Positions 37,987 to 49,801 of a DNA stretch of 64,000 nucleotides are shown piece after piece. Position numbers and translations under genes: made by a program. This DNA comes from Lepidodermella squamata. Taxonomy: Eukaryota > Animalia > Gastrotricha. The notes beneath the pieces were generated by a model. That model saw only the letters and a program-made list of their open reading frames with translations, searched no databases and had not been told where the DNA came from. The DNA lies in contig JBLDXI010000085.1 in the NCBI GenBank assembly GCA_047495785.1, positions 239,368 to 303,367 on the forward strand, read 5' to 3'. How positions within the stretch are numbered: the stretch's first letter is position 1; every line of letters begins with the position of its first letter.

Positions 37987-39754
37987 ATGATAAAGTTCGC
38001 AGCTTGCTTGTCGTTATTTTGCGTATTTGGCGGTGTATCCTGCCAATGGAAACGCTGCATGTCACTACTCGACAACTCATTCGTGGACTGTTCGACATCT
38101 TGTGACCTATTGAAGGAATACCAGGTCTATTATAACTTCTCCACTGTTTAGCCCTTCAATAATCAAATCAAAACCCTTTAGTCTGGTTCGAGTTTCACTA
38201 CGTTCGATTTGTGTCGAGCTGGAGTGAGTAATTTTAAGAATATTTCTCTTCAAAAACATTTGTAAATGTTCTCGAACAGAATGGTCGCATGTGTTACAAA
38301 TTTGCCGCGTTAACTCCAAGTTGCAGGCCCGGCATTGTTCCATGCAAAGCTCCAGATGAAATATCGGTGCGTTACTTTGAAAGGTTATTCAACTTCAATT
38401 GCTTTCTCGATCAGTTTCAGCCGTTCTACGTCCGATCGATTCTTCGCTCGAGTTTGCAATACTGCGAAGTCGATAGAAATAATTTTGCGGTACGTCGAGA
38501 TTTACTATATTAAGATGCGATAATTGAAAGTCAAATTGTTAATTCGTTTCAGAATCAAAACTTCAAGCAGTGTTCGGCGAACAATACGCTCGTCACGTGC
38601 GTTCCAATTAACCAAACCTGCCCGAATAGTACAGTAAGTGAATTTACCCCCCGATCCCACCCCCCTTCCGTCTACGCCCCTGAAGGGAGTTGATGGTGAT
38701 CCTTCATTTTTCAGGTAATAGGTGGACGAACATTTGTCAACCTTGCTACGTGTGTTGACGGGAAAAGTGAGACAATTCGGCTGTTGACCGTGGACATGGT
38801 GTACTATTATTGAAATCTATTTCCAGTTCAAGTACCAGACAGTGAGAAGCCACATGTTCGATGTTTCAGCAACCCAGGGCAAGTCTTCAACGGCTGTCGT
38901 CTCAGCTCAATCGGCTGTTCAGCTAGCAACGAGACCCAAGAAGCGGTTCCGAAGCCATACATCAACCTTGATAACTGCCTTCGAGGGGTGAGTGTAACTG
39001 TTAACAAAATCTCGAAATCAGTTCTTGTTGTTTCAAGGCTGCTGCTCTGTGTGATTTAGGAGGATTCAAGCGGTGCGTCGGAAGACCATGCCCTGAAGGA
39101 TCGAGTCAGGTAGGTAACATAAGAAACATACTTTCTACTTTTAGTTTAAAGGCATTTTCTGATCAGATATTGGTCTACTCAAATTCGACTTCATTTGAAA
39201 CAAACTATAGGACATGTTTGGCTGATATGACTCTGGTGAATTTTCGGCCTTGCAACGTCAGCATTTTCCATTTTTTTATTCATCAGGTTGTTAACCGGTG
39301 CCTTGCACCAAATGGCGCAGTGACATGCCGAGAGACAGCTTGCCAGGCCACTGAGAAGCCATACCCATCGACGACCTTCACCAGCATGCCGGCATGTCAG
39401 AACGCCGTTAAAACGTTCAAATTCTACTCAACCCCTACATCAAGTCGCGACGAGGCGGTCACAACATGCGCGAGCGTTGGCGGGCTGTTGGCGACAATCA
39501 AGACACAGGCGGAGGCCCTCGATGCTCTGGCGATCTCCTCGAACATGGCCGCCTACATTGGCCTGGTGTCGAATGCGTCCGGGCAATGGACGTGGGTCGA
39601 TGGCGCTCCGTATGCCAACTACCCGCCTTGGGGCTCTGCTGGTACTGGTAGAAATGCCTGTGGAGTTTTGAACTTGTTTAATGGCAGCCCTGTAATTGTC
39701 GACGTATCGTGTAGCAATACATTCACTGCATTTTTCTGTGAAACCTATGCTTAA
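37987..39754 (+). CDS. Type B head joined to an A6-like CTLD exon (gene B3, chimeric)
   Basis: Nine B-type exons starting MIKFAACLSLFCVFGGVSCQWKRC. Terminal exon 39287-39754 is nearly identical to 36209-36676. Confidence 0.87.
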
Positions 39755-39949
39755 TCAAAACAAAACTGACATGGCTACAATCTATAATGACTATTGTCTG
39801 ATACCACTTTACCTTTGAAGAGCAATAAATAAATCAATAAATAGCGTATACCACACCACCCTTTGGTCGCCTTTGTATTACTGTCCAAGAAATGATAAAA
39901 TGCTCATTATTTCACAGGCTGTCGAAAGCTGTGTATGCTGAGACGCTAG
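39281..39949 (+). repeat. Near-identical direct duplicate of 36203-36872
   Basis: Offset 3078 nt. Identity begins at the acceptor CATCAG and runs through the exon and ~195 nt of 3' flank. Confidence 0.95.
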
Positions 39950-41079
39950 CATAGCAGCCAGGGCACAGATGCTATGCAGCCGACGTTTCCAGGCACGCAA
40001 AACGGGGTCAGAGCCGCGTATTTGTAGCACATTCGGCCGTTCTAAAATTTAAGAATTAATTAAAGATTTAAAAAGAAATGAAGAAATTGTAAAAAAACTT
40101 CAAATTTAAAAAAAAATTGACCTACCCCAGTGTTGCAGACGCCGATTGTTCGGAAAATTCCTCCCAGCTATCAAGATGTTACTTCCCATGCGTTCGAAGC
40201 TCCATAGAAGCAAACCTGATAGAGATGCGATTCCAATCGCTGGCATTGCATGCTTGTTTTATCGCCTCACCCGAAAAAGTCTCACTGATCATTCTCTATG
40301 AAATGTTAGCCTCTCAAAAATAATTAATCGGCACAATAACGAACTGAAATCACAAGTTTAACCGATGGCTGGAAAATGCAATAAAAATTGTGCCGATGCG
40401 AACACGCAGTCGCAGACCAGGATGATCGAAGTTTCAATCCTAACAGTTTTTCAATGCTTCCACGTGTAGTTAAGCCATGGTCTTTGCATTGCCGAATGGT
40501 TTAGTTGAGTAATCACAACGTGAAGTTACAACGTGGTCCAAACGCGGACGTTTACGGTCTTTAGGACATTTTGCGGGCTCCGAAATCATTAACAATCATT
40601 AAAAAAATGTCGGGGCTCGGCTCCATATTGGCTCCGGACTTTGGCTCCGATGGGCTCCAAAGGACTCCCTTGCAAACTTGGGCTTCAGATAAGTGCATTT
40701 TCGGTGGATTTTTGAATATGGCGTTGGCTGAAATACCATTGTCTTCATGATTCGAACAAATTGTCATATTTCTCTCCGGGGATTTAAAAAAAATGTTAAT
40801 ATGGTACTTTGAATTTTAATATGAAGACTTCAGAGCCTTTTCGGCTGCTCTTTTAGACATTTCGCATCAGGCTCCGGGATGATTTTTCAAATTATAGGAC
40901 ATATATGTCTCATAAAAAGGAAAAACAACGTTAAAAGGGAGCTTGAAATAGAGTCATTTCTGCGAATGAATTTCCCGGAAGTAAATCATGAGCAAACACA
41001 GATAAAAGCCGGACGCTTGAGTGAAACGGCTGAAAAACCCGACTTATTCTTTTCAGACATTATTCAAATTTTTCGAAAA

Positions 41080-44000
41080 ATGAAGGTCAAGTCACGATTT
41101 CTCACGATTTTATTGAAATTTCTCGAAATTAGTACAGCTTTGAAAATCGAAGCCGCTGGAAATGCTGAACTGAAATCGACCATCAAGAATCTAAGCTCAT
41201 CAGGTCAAAAAGTCGCCGAATTAAGCGATCCAATGCCTCGATTTGTAACTTCAACCCACTTCAACACGAAATCGACATCGAACAGGACGAAATTGATAAC
41301 AATTTTAACATCGATCAACTACCTGGGACCATTATACACAGGTCCGATTAGTACCAAGTCGCTTGAATTAGCTCTCGATAGATTCGCCGTTTTGGAAAAC
41401 TGGCTGCCTGGATATGAAATTGCACTCGATTTGATAGATGATGAATGCCTTGATGGGCCGACAGTTACTGGGTTAATGCATCAGATTCAGCGAAATCAGG
41501 ACGAGGCTGGCCAACTGAATCGCATCTCACTCATGTTTCCTACAACGTGTTCAGCTCAAGAAACATCTGCAGAGGTTCTGAATTACTACAACCTAACAGG
41601 GGTAGGTGGTAAAATCTGATTTCGAAGCCCAGTCAGATATTTTTTTTATTTACGCTTCCGATGGTGGGGCACTTCCTCCTAGACAGTTGCCAGCCAGATA
41701 ATTTACGATATTTCGAAGCTCAGATCACATTAATGAACCTGTTCTATGGGCCATGTCATTTAAAATTCAAGCCTAGGCAAATTGAATTAAATTTGTGTGA
41801 ATAACCTTTAAAGCTCCTCATTGCCCATTCTATAAAGTCACTTGAACCTTATCAAATCTGAGGGGACCTTTATGACCGTTTTGAATCTTTCAAAAACCTA
41901 CCTAGACTTGAGCTTCGAAATCTCTGCTTCAAGCAACAATGAGAAAGCTCGTTACAATTATTGAAACGCTTCCAGCTATTTCCACTGACCTTTCCAAGCT
42001 TGGTTAAGATTCCGGAACCTTTTCGAAGCTATGGGAACCTTTACATTACAACATCTGAACATCAAAAGGTTTTAGTTCTTTTCCAGCTTGATAATTAAAA
42101 GTATTTGAATTATCTAAAGCTTTTTCGTGTCTTATTTATGTTCATGGTACCTAGGCGAAAGGAAAGAGGATTGAAAATACTCACAGTGAACATTGAGCTT
42201 TGTCATTCTGGTGAAGCCTCTCATCTTTTATTTGGGAATTTCTCAATAGAGTTAACCCTTCGAATCATTTTCATCACTCTAGTCTGTATCAAGATCCTTT
42301 TTACTTCAGATGGTCCTACTTCAAAACACCCCAGAATTCTTGCTACAACGCAAGCGGTACAAGCAGTTTTTTGGGCTTGGCGAAACAGGCGACAAACCCT
42401 ACATCGCATTGGCCTCATTTGTCTCTCAGATGGGCTGGCGTCAGATTGCCGTCATATCGGAAATAAATTCCTACTTCAACGCAGTAAGTGCGATTATATG
42501 ATGCATAAACACGTTAAAACAATCTAGTCCCTTTGATAGATTGAGCGATATTTCTTTCCTGTACTCACTCGAATGAACATAACCCTAGCGTGGGTTGGCA
42601 AAATAACGTATGCGTCGTCGAACAGTGACGAGTTGGTTTCAAATTTCGAAGAGCTGAAATCGCACGATCAGCGAATTATTTTCGTAAATGGCGACTCAGC
42701 ATCCGCAATGGCGTGCTGGCTGCACCGATACAAAATGTTCGGACCATCCTACGTTCTATTCTTCGTAAACTGGGTCTACATCCCACCAAGCGACTGCTAC
42801 ATCCCAGAATACGTTGCATCTTGGTGCACGAAGGTAATGGTAGCCCAAGTTTACGAGGGCGCCTTTTTCATGGGCGATTCTTCACTGCTTGATGTTTACG
42901 GCGAAGATTGGACAGATTCGACTGGGCTTAGTGGCAGGCAGTTTATCGAAGGTATGAGGTCCAAAATCAATCGCCCTGAGGAATCGATTGGCTGGCAGTA
43001 TTGGCGGACTATGTACTACGACGCTGGGCTGTATCTCGGTTTCGTCCTCAATAGGACTGAATCGATTCTACGGGGCAGAAATCAAACCCTTCTTGATTGG
43101 ACGATAAATTCTGAAAAATTCCAAGAAAACGCTTCGGAAATCATGAAAATCTACGAAGAAGCAATATATTCGACCTATGTTCAAGGTTTCAAGGGGATTT
43201 ACGACTTCGATCGGGCTACGACAGTCAATTCAAACGGCTACACCCCTGCGACGATATTTCAGCTGAGAAATGCGGAGGACTTTAGCAAGTACCCTGATCA
43301 ATACGTAGTTGGGATTTACCAATCAAATAACCGGACCAATCCTACGACTCTACGGCGCGATCTAGTCAAATGGAGTACGAAAGATGGGTTACCGCCTCTG
43401 GACAGACCGATTATCGTGCCTTTGGAAGTAACTTTGATCCCGCAGGTGGTTGCAGGAGCAATTTTCGGTAAGGGATACGCTAAGGTCTAAATCACTGAGA
43501 TTTCAGTAGTTGAGAGTATTATAGGATATAAGCGGTTTCTTTCGTCAATTCGAAAATCAGTTAATTTCAGACTGTTTTTACAGGTATTTCCGTGATTCTT
43601 TTGATTTCCATGCTTTCGACGGTGTTGTTGATTACTTTTGGAGCGAAAAACTACCCTTCGACTTCTTTTAGTCTCTGCGAGAATTTTATTGGCTGGGGTA
43701 ATGTTGTAACTTGTCTCTCTGGCCTGGCAATGCCGATAAATCACTCAATGAGAGCTAATATCGCGGTTTGCGCCATGGCTATTGCTATCTTCGTTTCTAT
43801 CGGCTTTGTTACCACAATGCTCGGCATTATCGGCCAGATCGAATTACTTCACGCGAGACTAACATATTCTTACTGCAGAGGTTCTCGACAATTCCTTAAA
43901 CCCTCCTTATCGAATCGATACCTAGAGGAAGGTTCTACGAAGCAAAGTTTAAGATTACCTAGCGAATCCAGTTTACAGATCATAGAAGTTAGAAAAGGAC

Positions 44001-44737
44001 CTGGTCGTCTAAAAGTCGTAATTTTCACTTTGAACTGCTTCCTAGTTATTGGAATATTCGCGACAGGCCCACTGGAGACAGCACGAGTACTCGGGCCTAT
44101 GTTTCATGATGATAATGATGCGAGTTTGATATTTCAAGCTTTTTATTACCAGCCGTACGTCTCAGCATTTCCGGATGAAGTCCAGGCTATGGCGATCGCT
44201 GTAGCCACTCTTCATGTTCTCATTTTTGCGTACGCTTGCTACGCGTCGTACAAATCCAGTAATGTAAGCCCTAAATTGATCGTATTCGAATTGCTTTCTG
44301 TTAATGAAATTTTTTTTATGAAATTCTAAAATATCTTAAAACAATGCTTGAAGATTCCTCAAGTCAGCAAAAATAGTCATAAATTTGTAGGAAAGATTAA
44401 ATTATACCGCCCATTTTCAGAATCTATACTCGACACAATGGAATTTCAAGTTGGTTCTTCAAACAAGACGCGCTAGTCGCGCTCTTTACTGTATTGCCCT
44501 GTTTCTCATGGCTGCAACATTCCTCGGCTTTCGTCTCGGTCCAGATTACACCTTGCCACTAGGGGCCAGCTTAGCTATCCTTTTTTCCGCTGCTTCATTC
44601 GGTCTGGTGATTTTGCCAAAAGTGAACGAATTCGCCTTTTGATTATTTTCATCCAATTTATCTTCATTTTACAGGCTCTATGCAACAAACCCGCTATTGC
44701 GACTATTAAATCGAACATGTCAGCAACCCAATATTAA
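41080..44737 (+). CDS. Divergent class C GPCR (GABA-B-like Venus flytrap plus 7TM)
   Basis: Exons approx. 41080-41601, 42310-42483, 42540-43467, 43584-44263, 44421-44621 and 44675-44737. ELALDR....WLPGYEI.L...DDEC and MGWRQIAVI are flytrap motifs; seven hydrophobic segments end in ILPK. Confidence 0.8.
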
Positions 44738-45545
44738 AACGGTTCGATGACGCTCACGCGATAAAATGAGCAGAAAATATGGGCAAAAAACGAGCCGGTG
44801 CAAGAAAAAGGATCATTTTCCAGAAATAAAAGATGAATTAACATTTCACAGGAGAAAAATGCGGGAGCCGTAGTACAGTGAAAGGCAATTTTGTTTTGTT
44901 TCAACGATAGCCTGGGCCTAGCAATAGGACACGTATCCGTGAAGTCGAGGCGTTTTACTGTACGGTTTACTATCAAATACCCCGAACCCAGCCATCCAAT
45001 ACACCCAAACAATTTTAACATATGGGATCTGAGGCTTCCGCCGAATCACGCCAGTGCCGGGATGATGTTTCAGCCATCAGGTGGGGCAGTGCCTGCGTTT
45101 GACCCGCCGCTCGACACCCCAGCTCAGCTGGGATTCCAAGCAGAGGAAGGGGTGACCGGGTTTACCCTTTGGGTTGTTCGGGTTAATGAGAAGTAAATCA
45201 CTAACAATTCACTTCTTATTCACCTTGCTTCTGTTGTAAAATTCGGTATCTGCCAACCCTTAGGCCTTAGGCGCTACCCATACATGTAAAAGTCGTAGAC
45301 TGGCCCCGGTGGTATCGGGTCACAGCGTAACATAAAGAGTTCGAATTATGGTGTAGTGCGGAAACTTTCCTTCATGCTTTAACCATAGAAATCCAGCATT
45401 ACATCTCCTCATCACGATTGCAATAAAATCTAAAATCGATTGGGAATAGGCAGGAGATCATAGGTTTATACAAACGCATAGTTTATTGTTTAAAAATCAA
45501 CATTGAGGCTAAGGCTAAACAAATTGTACAATATGGAAGAACAGT

Positions 45546-47237
45546 CTAGTGAAATGAGGCGTTGGTGTCTCGCTTGCCGATGCGAATGAAGCTGCTATAC
45601 TGCATAACGCTGTTGGTACCGAATGAAATTTGAGAATAGCCAGTTCCGAAATTTTTGAAAAACACTTGGCTTTGCCATTGTCTGCCGCAAAACATCTCGT
45701 CGGTGCCGTCACCTATAAGCAAAAGAATATTCAACTCTACGAATTAGTTGTTAAATAGAAATCGAAATCGATTGATTAATCATTATTCAAATCTTAATGG
45801 ATTAATATAACTCACGGCAGTCTCTGAAGCCGTTGCACCTCGCACTAGGACTGTAGCACTCCGTACGACTACTGCATGGCATAGCACCGAACTTGCAACT
45901 CGGGCAATGCTCATCACTGCGGTCGCCTTCATGGTAAAACAAAACTATTAGTAAAATGATGATCTAGTCTAATCTCGAGCCCGCATTACCGCAATCATCG
46001 TAACCGTTACACACTCGACTGTAAGGCACGCAGTAACGTTTGTTGCGGCACAGAAAATATCCAGGATCGCACTGTCACAATGAGAAGTACAGCTATGCGA
46101 ATAATGAATCTCCGGCGTTTGAACTAACCTGTGGGCAGCCATTTTCGTCGCTGTTATCAACTTGGGAAGCAAATAGTTGAGCGGCTAAGAAATGCAGAAA
46201 AACGAGAAACTTACAGCAATCGTTAACGCCGTTGCACAGATGAACAGGCGTTATGCAGATGGGAGCGTTGAGGCAGGGGAATGACCCAGGAGCGCAATTG
46301 TGTGGCGGAGGGGGAGGGGGTGGAGGCTGAGCCTAATTTGAGAACCTAGTGAATGACGCTCGCGATCCGGAAAGGTACCTACCGTGGTTGTTCTAAGGTC
46401 AGAATTGTCTCTTAGTTCTGGACAGTTATACTCATCGCTGCTATCGCCTGAAATTGAAAAAACAGTAGGTTTGAACAGGTTTGAGTTTTCGTTTTTGTGA
46501 CTTCTATGACGTTTTGATACTTCATAGCGTAATTACTGAGGAAAACTTACCACAGTCGTCCTCTCCATCACATTTCCAACCATATTTGATGCAATTGCCG
46601 TTACGGCATACAAATCCCGAGCACTACACAATAGTTGAAGTACTTATCTTCCTGCCAGTCATTGCAAAGCATTTTACAAAGCACTCACCGGGGTCGTCGT
46701 GGGCCGGGTCGTTGGAGCTGGGGTCGTTGAAGACCGTGGGCAACCTTCTTCATCGCTCCTATCACCTGAAAAGGTTTTTTGACTGAGTAATGATTCAAGA
46801 AATCCAAAGACTTACTGCAATCCTTAATTCCATCGCATCTATCACTTCTCAAAACGCAATAGCCGTTGTCGCATCGGAATCCCGAACACTGCGACATTGA
46901 AACATCGTATATAACATTCCAATAGAATCATTTTCAAAGGGAATATTTACCGGAGTCGTTGGCGGTAGCGTAACTGGGCAATTCTCCTCATCGCTCCCAT
47001 CATCTTGAAATAATTGGAAAAATGAACATAGCCTTGATTGCGAAACGATCTATATTTTACTTACCACAGTTTCTGAAGCCGTTGCACCTCTGCCAAGCGT
47101 CGTAGCAGCCACCGTCAGCGCAAGTATACGCGTTACACTAGTGGAGTTTTGAATATTCAGTCCAGATTTATTTTAGAATTTATTCCGTAAAATACCGGTC
47201 GTTTGGTGGTTGGGCAGTTAAATTCATCGCTGTAATC
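45546..47237 (-). CDS. 3' part of an LDL-receptor class A repeat protein (6 complete repeats plus the tail of a 7th) with C-terminal SSFIRIGKR
   Basis: Short exons encode e.g. [24 protein letters not shown] and GD.SDE..C, with Pro/Thr linkers; stop at 45546-45548. The 5' end was not located. Confidence 0.8.
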
Positions 47238-49801
47238 TCCTGCATTCAAAATTGAAGTAAATTATGAACATCATTTTTTCTAAAGACAATTTATTGGTGC
47301 ACATCCTATATTTGAGGTCCAGCGGTTTGAAATTTTGACGTCGGGTTCTTTCACAAATGTTTGCATGAGTAAATGTACACCTTTCATTTCTGTGAGCCTC
47401 ATAAACCCTTGAAAAATTCGGCTTCGACAAACTGTTTCGGGCAAGGGTCCCTTAGATTTTTCCAATGGTTTCTATGGGTTAGGTATTCATAGTGACGCCA
47501 ACTTTGCGTGGCCGTTTTCAACCAAGCGGAACGGGATTCTGCGGCAAAATCAATTATTTCTTAATTATTTGCTGTAAATAAATTAGTTAATGAAAGTTAT
47601 TATTAATTTCATAAAGAAAATAATTAAATTTAGAGTTTCTATGGCGATTGGGATTGTTTATCGGCTGAAGTAGTCTCGCGTCGCCTCGCGTTTGCTGGTG
47701 CTGAGGCGTCAAGTGGCTAACGTGAGGTGGGTTAAGCTGGACTTGTACGTTTTCTGTTCGTTATCGGCCGATTTATCCGTGTTGTAGGTGTACGATCCTA
47801 CTCCTGAGCATCCTCAAATTGTATAAACAGCCAGCCAAGTTCAGCACGCCTCAATATGCCTTCCTCAATCTTAAAACTTACAAGTATCTGTGAAACATGC
47901 GGTATTGTTACTCAAGAGTAAACGAATTATCCCTTTCAATCTCATCCGTAGTTGAATTGCATCATTGAGATGGTGAACAAGAAATGATTACGAGTTCTGT
48001 TTTGTTCACATCTATTTATTGGCTATGCAAACAGGAATCGACAATCTATAATGCGAATTTAATCGATAATGCGAAAGATCTCACAGCAAGGTATCGTTCA
48101 ACTCAGGAACTAAGGAGTCGTAGGTGACATAAATAAAAATGATCTGCCCACCAAGCTTTTTGTACTTTGTATTACAAAAAACGAGGAAACAGTGATGGCT
48201 AATGGATAAATCGCACGACTCAATACTGTGAAAAACAATCTTCAAGACAGCTGGCTGCACAAAATAATAGACTAAATTTGATCAAGTTGGAACGAGGAAT
48301 TACGAAACCAAAGTAGTGTTAGATAACAAGTGAAATCAGACCAGCCGCCAGCAACTGAGCAACGAGGAGACGCATTTTTTTTTAACGAATTTCAGACAGA
48401 CACCTCATGACTGTTATCAACTCCAAATAAAACCCTGCTAATCAACTCTAGTGAATTTCAAAGCAGGTAGATGAATGTAATGATGCTGCCAACAAAAAAC
48501 AGGAATAGATCATCGCACAGAGGAATCCGTAGTTTCGAGTACCAAGAAATAAGCTAAGCATGCCCGTTCACAAATTTCGCGGAAGAAGAATCGACAAGAC
48601 GCAGTCCTAAATAAAGAACAATCACGCGAAACTGGTAGGGCATGACGGCGGGTGAAGCAATACCGTATAGATGAAATCACTCGAATTTTATGATTTTCAG
48701 GCAGAAAATTGTTGACCCAAGTTATTTAAATCAATTGTGAAAATTATAGATCTAATCTTATATCAAAGCAGGTATTCAAGGTCGCAAACACGGAACAATA
48801 GCAAGCTTCAAATACAAAGATAAGACCGGCCATCACTGCAATAGGTATCGGCAGTTGGAAAAACACCAGAGGAAGCTCAAGTTTTATAATGAACGGATGT
48901 TTTCATTCGACGAATGAGTTCCGAAGCGAAGCGCAGGCTGCGTTGAATTTGTTGAGTTACCTCGAAATTTGCGGCTAATCGACTCACAATCGACTCGCAA
49001 ATAGATTTCGACAAGGCTGAAACACAAATCAAATTGTAAATTCGATGAAAAAATGAGAAATAAATTAAAAATTTGATTGGCAAAATATCAGAATACAAAA
49101 AAGTCGATTGGGTGACTAAACAAGAGGGACATCTTTGAACTTGAGAGGATTAACTGAAGAAGATATTTTTTTCCAAATGAAATTCCCATACATTTTCATT
49201 CCCTTAAATTTGCCAGAATTATTCGAAATTTATTCGCAATATGCAAATCAAAGAAATGGAAGAATTTATTTTTTCTATGCGAATCGTTTCAAGTGAATAA
49301 AACTCAAGCGTAACAGCAATTCCTTCGCAATTAAAGTTTTCGAAATTAGTAAATTTAACGATTCCAAGTATCGATTTTAGAAATCAGTAATTTTCCCGAT
49401 ATCAGCTGTCTTGGAACCTAACATCGATCATTTTTCTACGTAGCTTAGGGCACCATGTAGCTACGATACAAAAACCCAAGGATCAGGGAGGGCATCAGTA
49501 TCGATCAAAAAACGAAAACGCCTAAATCGCAAAAAATCTGAAAAATTGAGTACCAGGATGCTTAAATTCAGTGCTGGATCCTCATTTTTAGTTGTGGAAA
49601 TATTTGGACCTAATTAGTAATGGTTGAGATACGATGTATTCAAGACGAAAATTACACATCGCCCATTCCTGATACCCAAAATACAGGCTATATCCGGAAA
49701 GTAGCAACTTGACTAATGTTTAGTCTGACTTGCTTTGGAATCTCTTGAAATGAGTAAAAAATGTCGTGAAATCCGAAATAGATGACAAAACCGTGTTCAT
49801 A

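Noticed and set aside
854-39754. Somatic rearrangement or Dscam/protocadherin-style long-range splicing among lectin cassettes
   Set aside because: Each intact gene has its own head, CTLD and 3' end, and I saw no recombination signals or recombinase. Germline exchange explains the pattern, although shared phase 0 means cross-gene splicing is not excluded.
44870-45335. Possible LTR with a PBS-like tggtatcggg
   Set aside because: Only a partial PBS match and no second LTR or internal domain.
47640-48900. Possible decayed retroelement ORF or LTR
   Set aside because: No diagnostic motif, paired LTR or TSD found.
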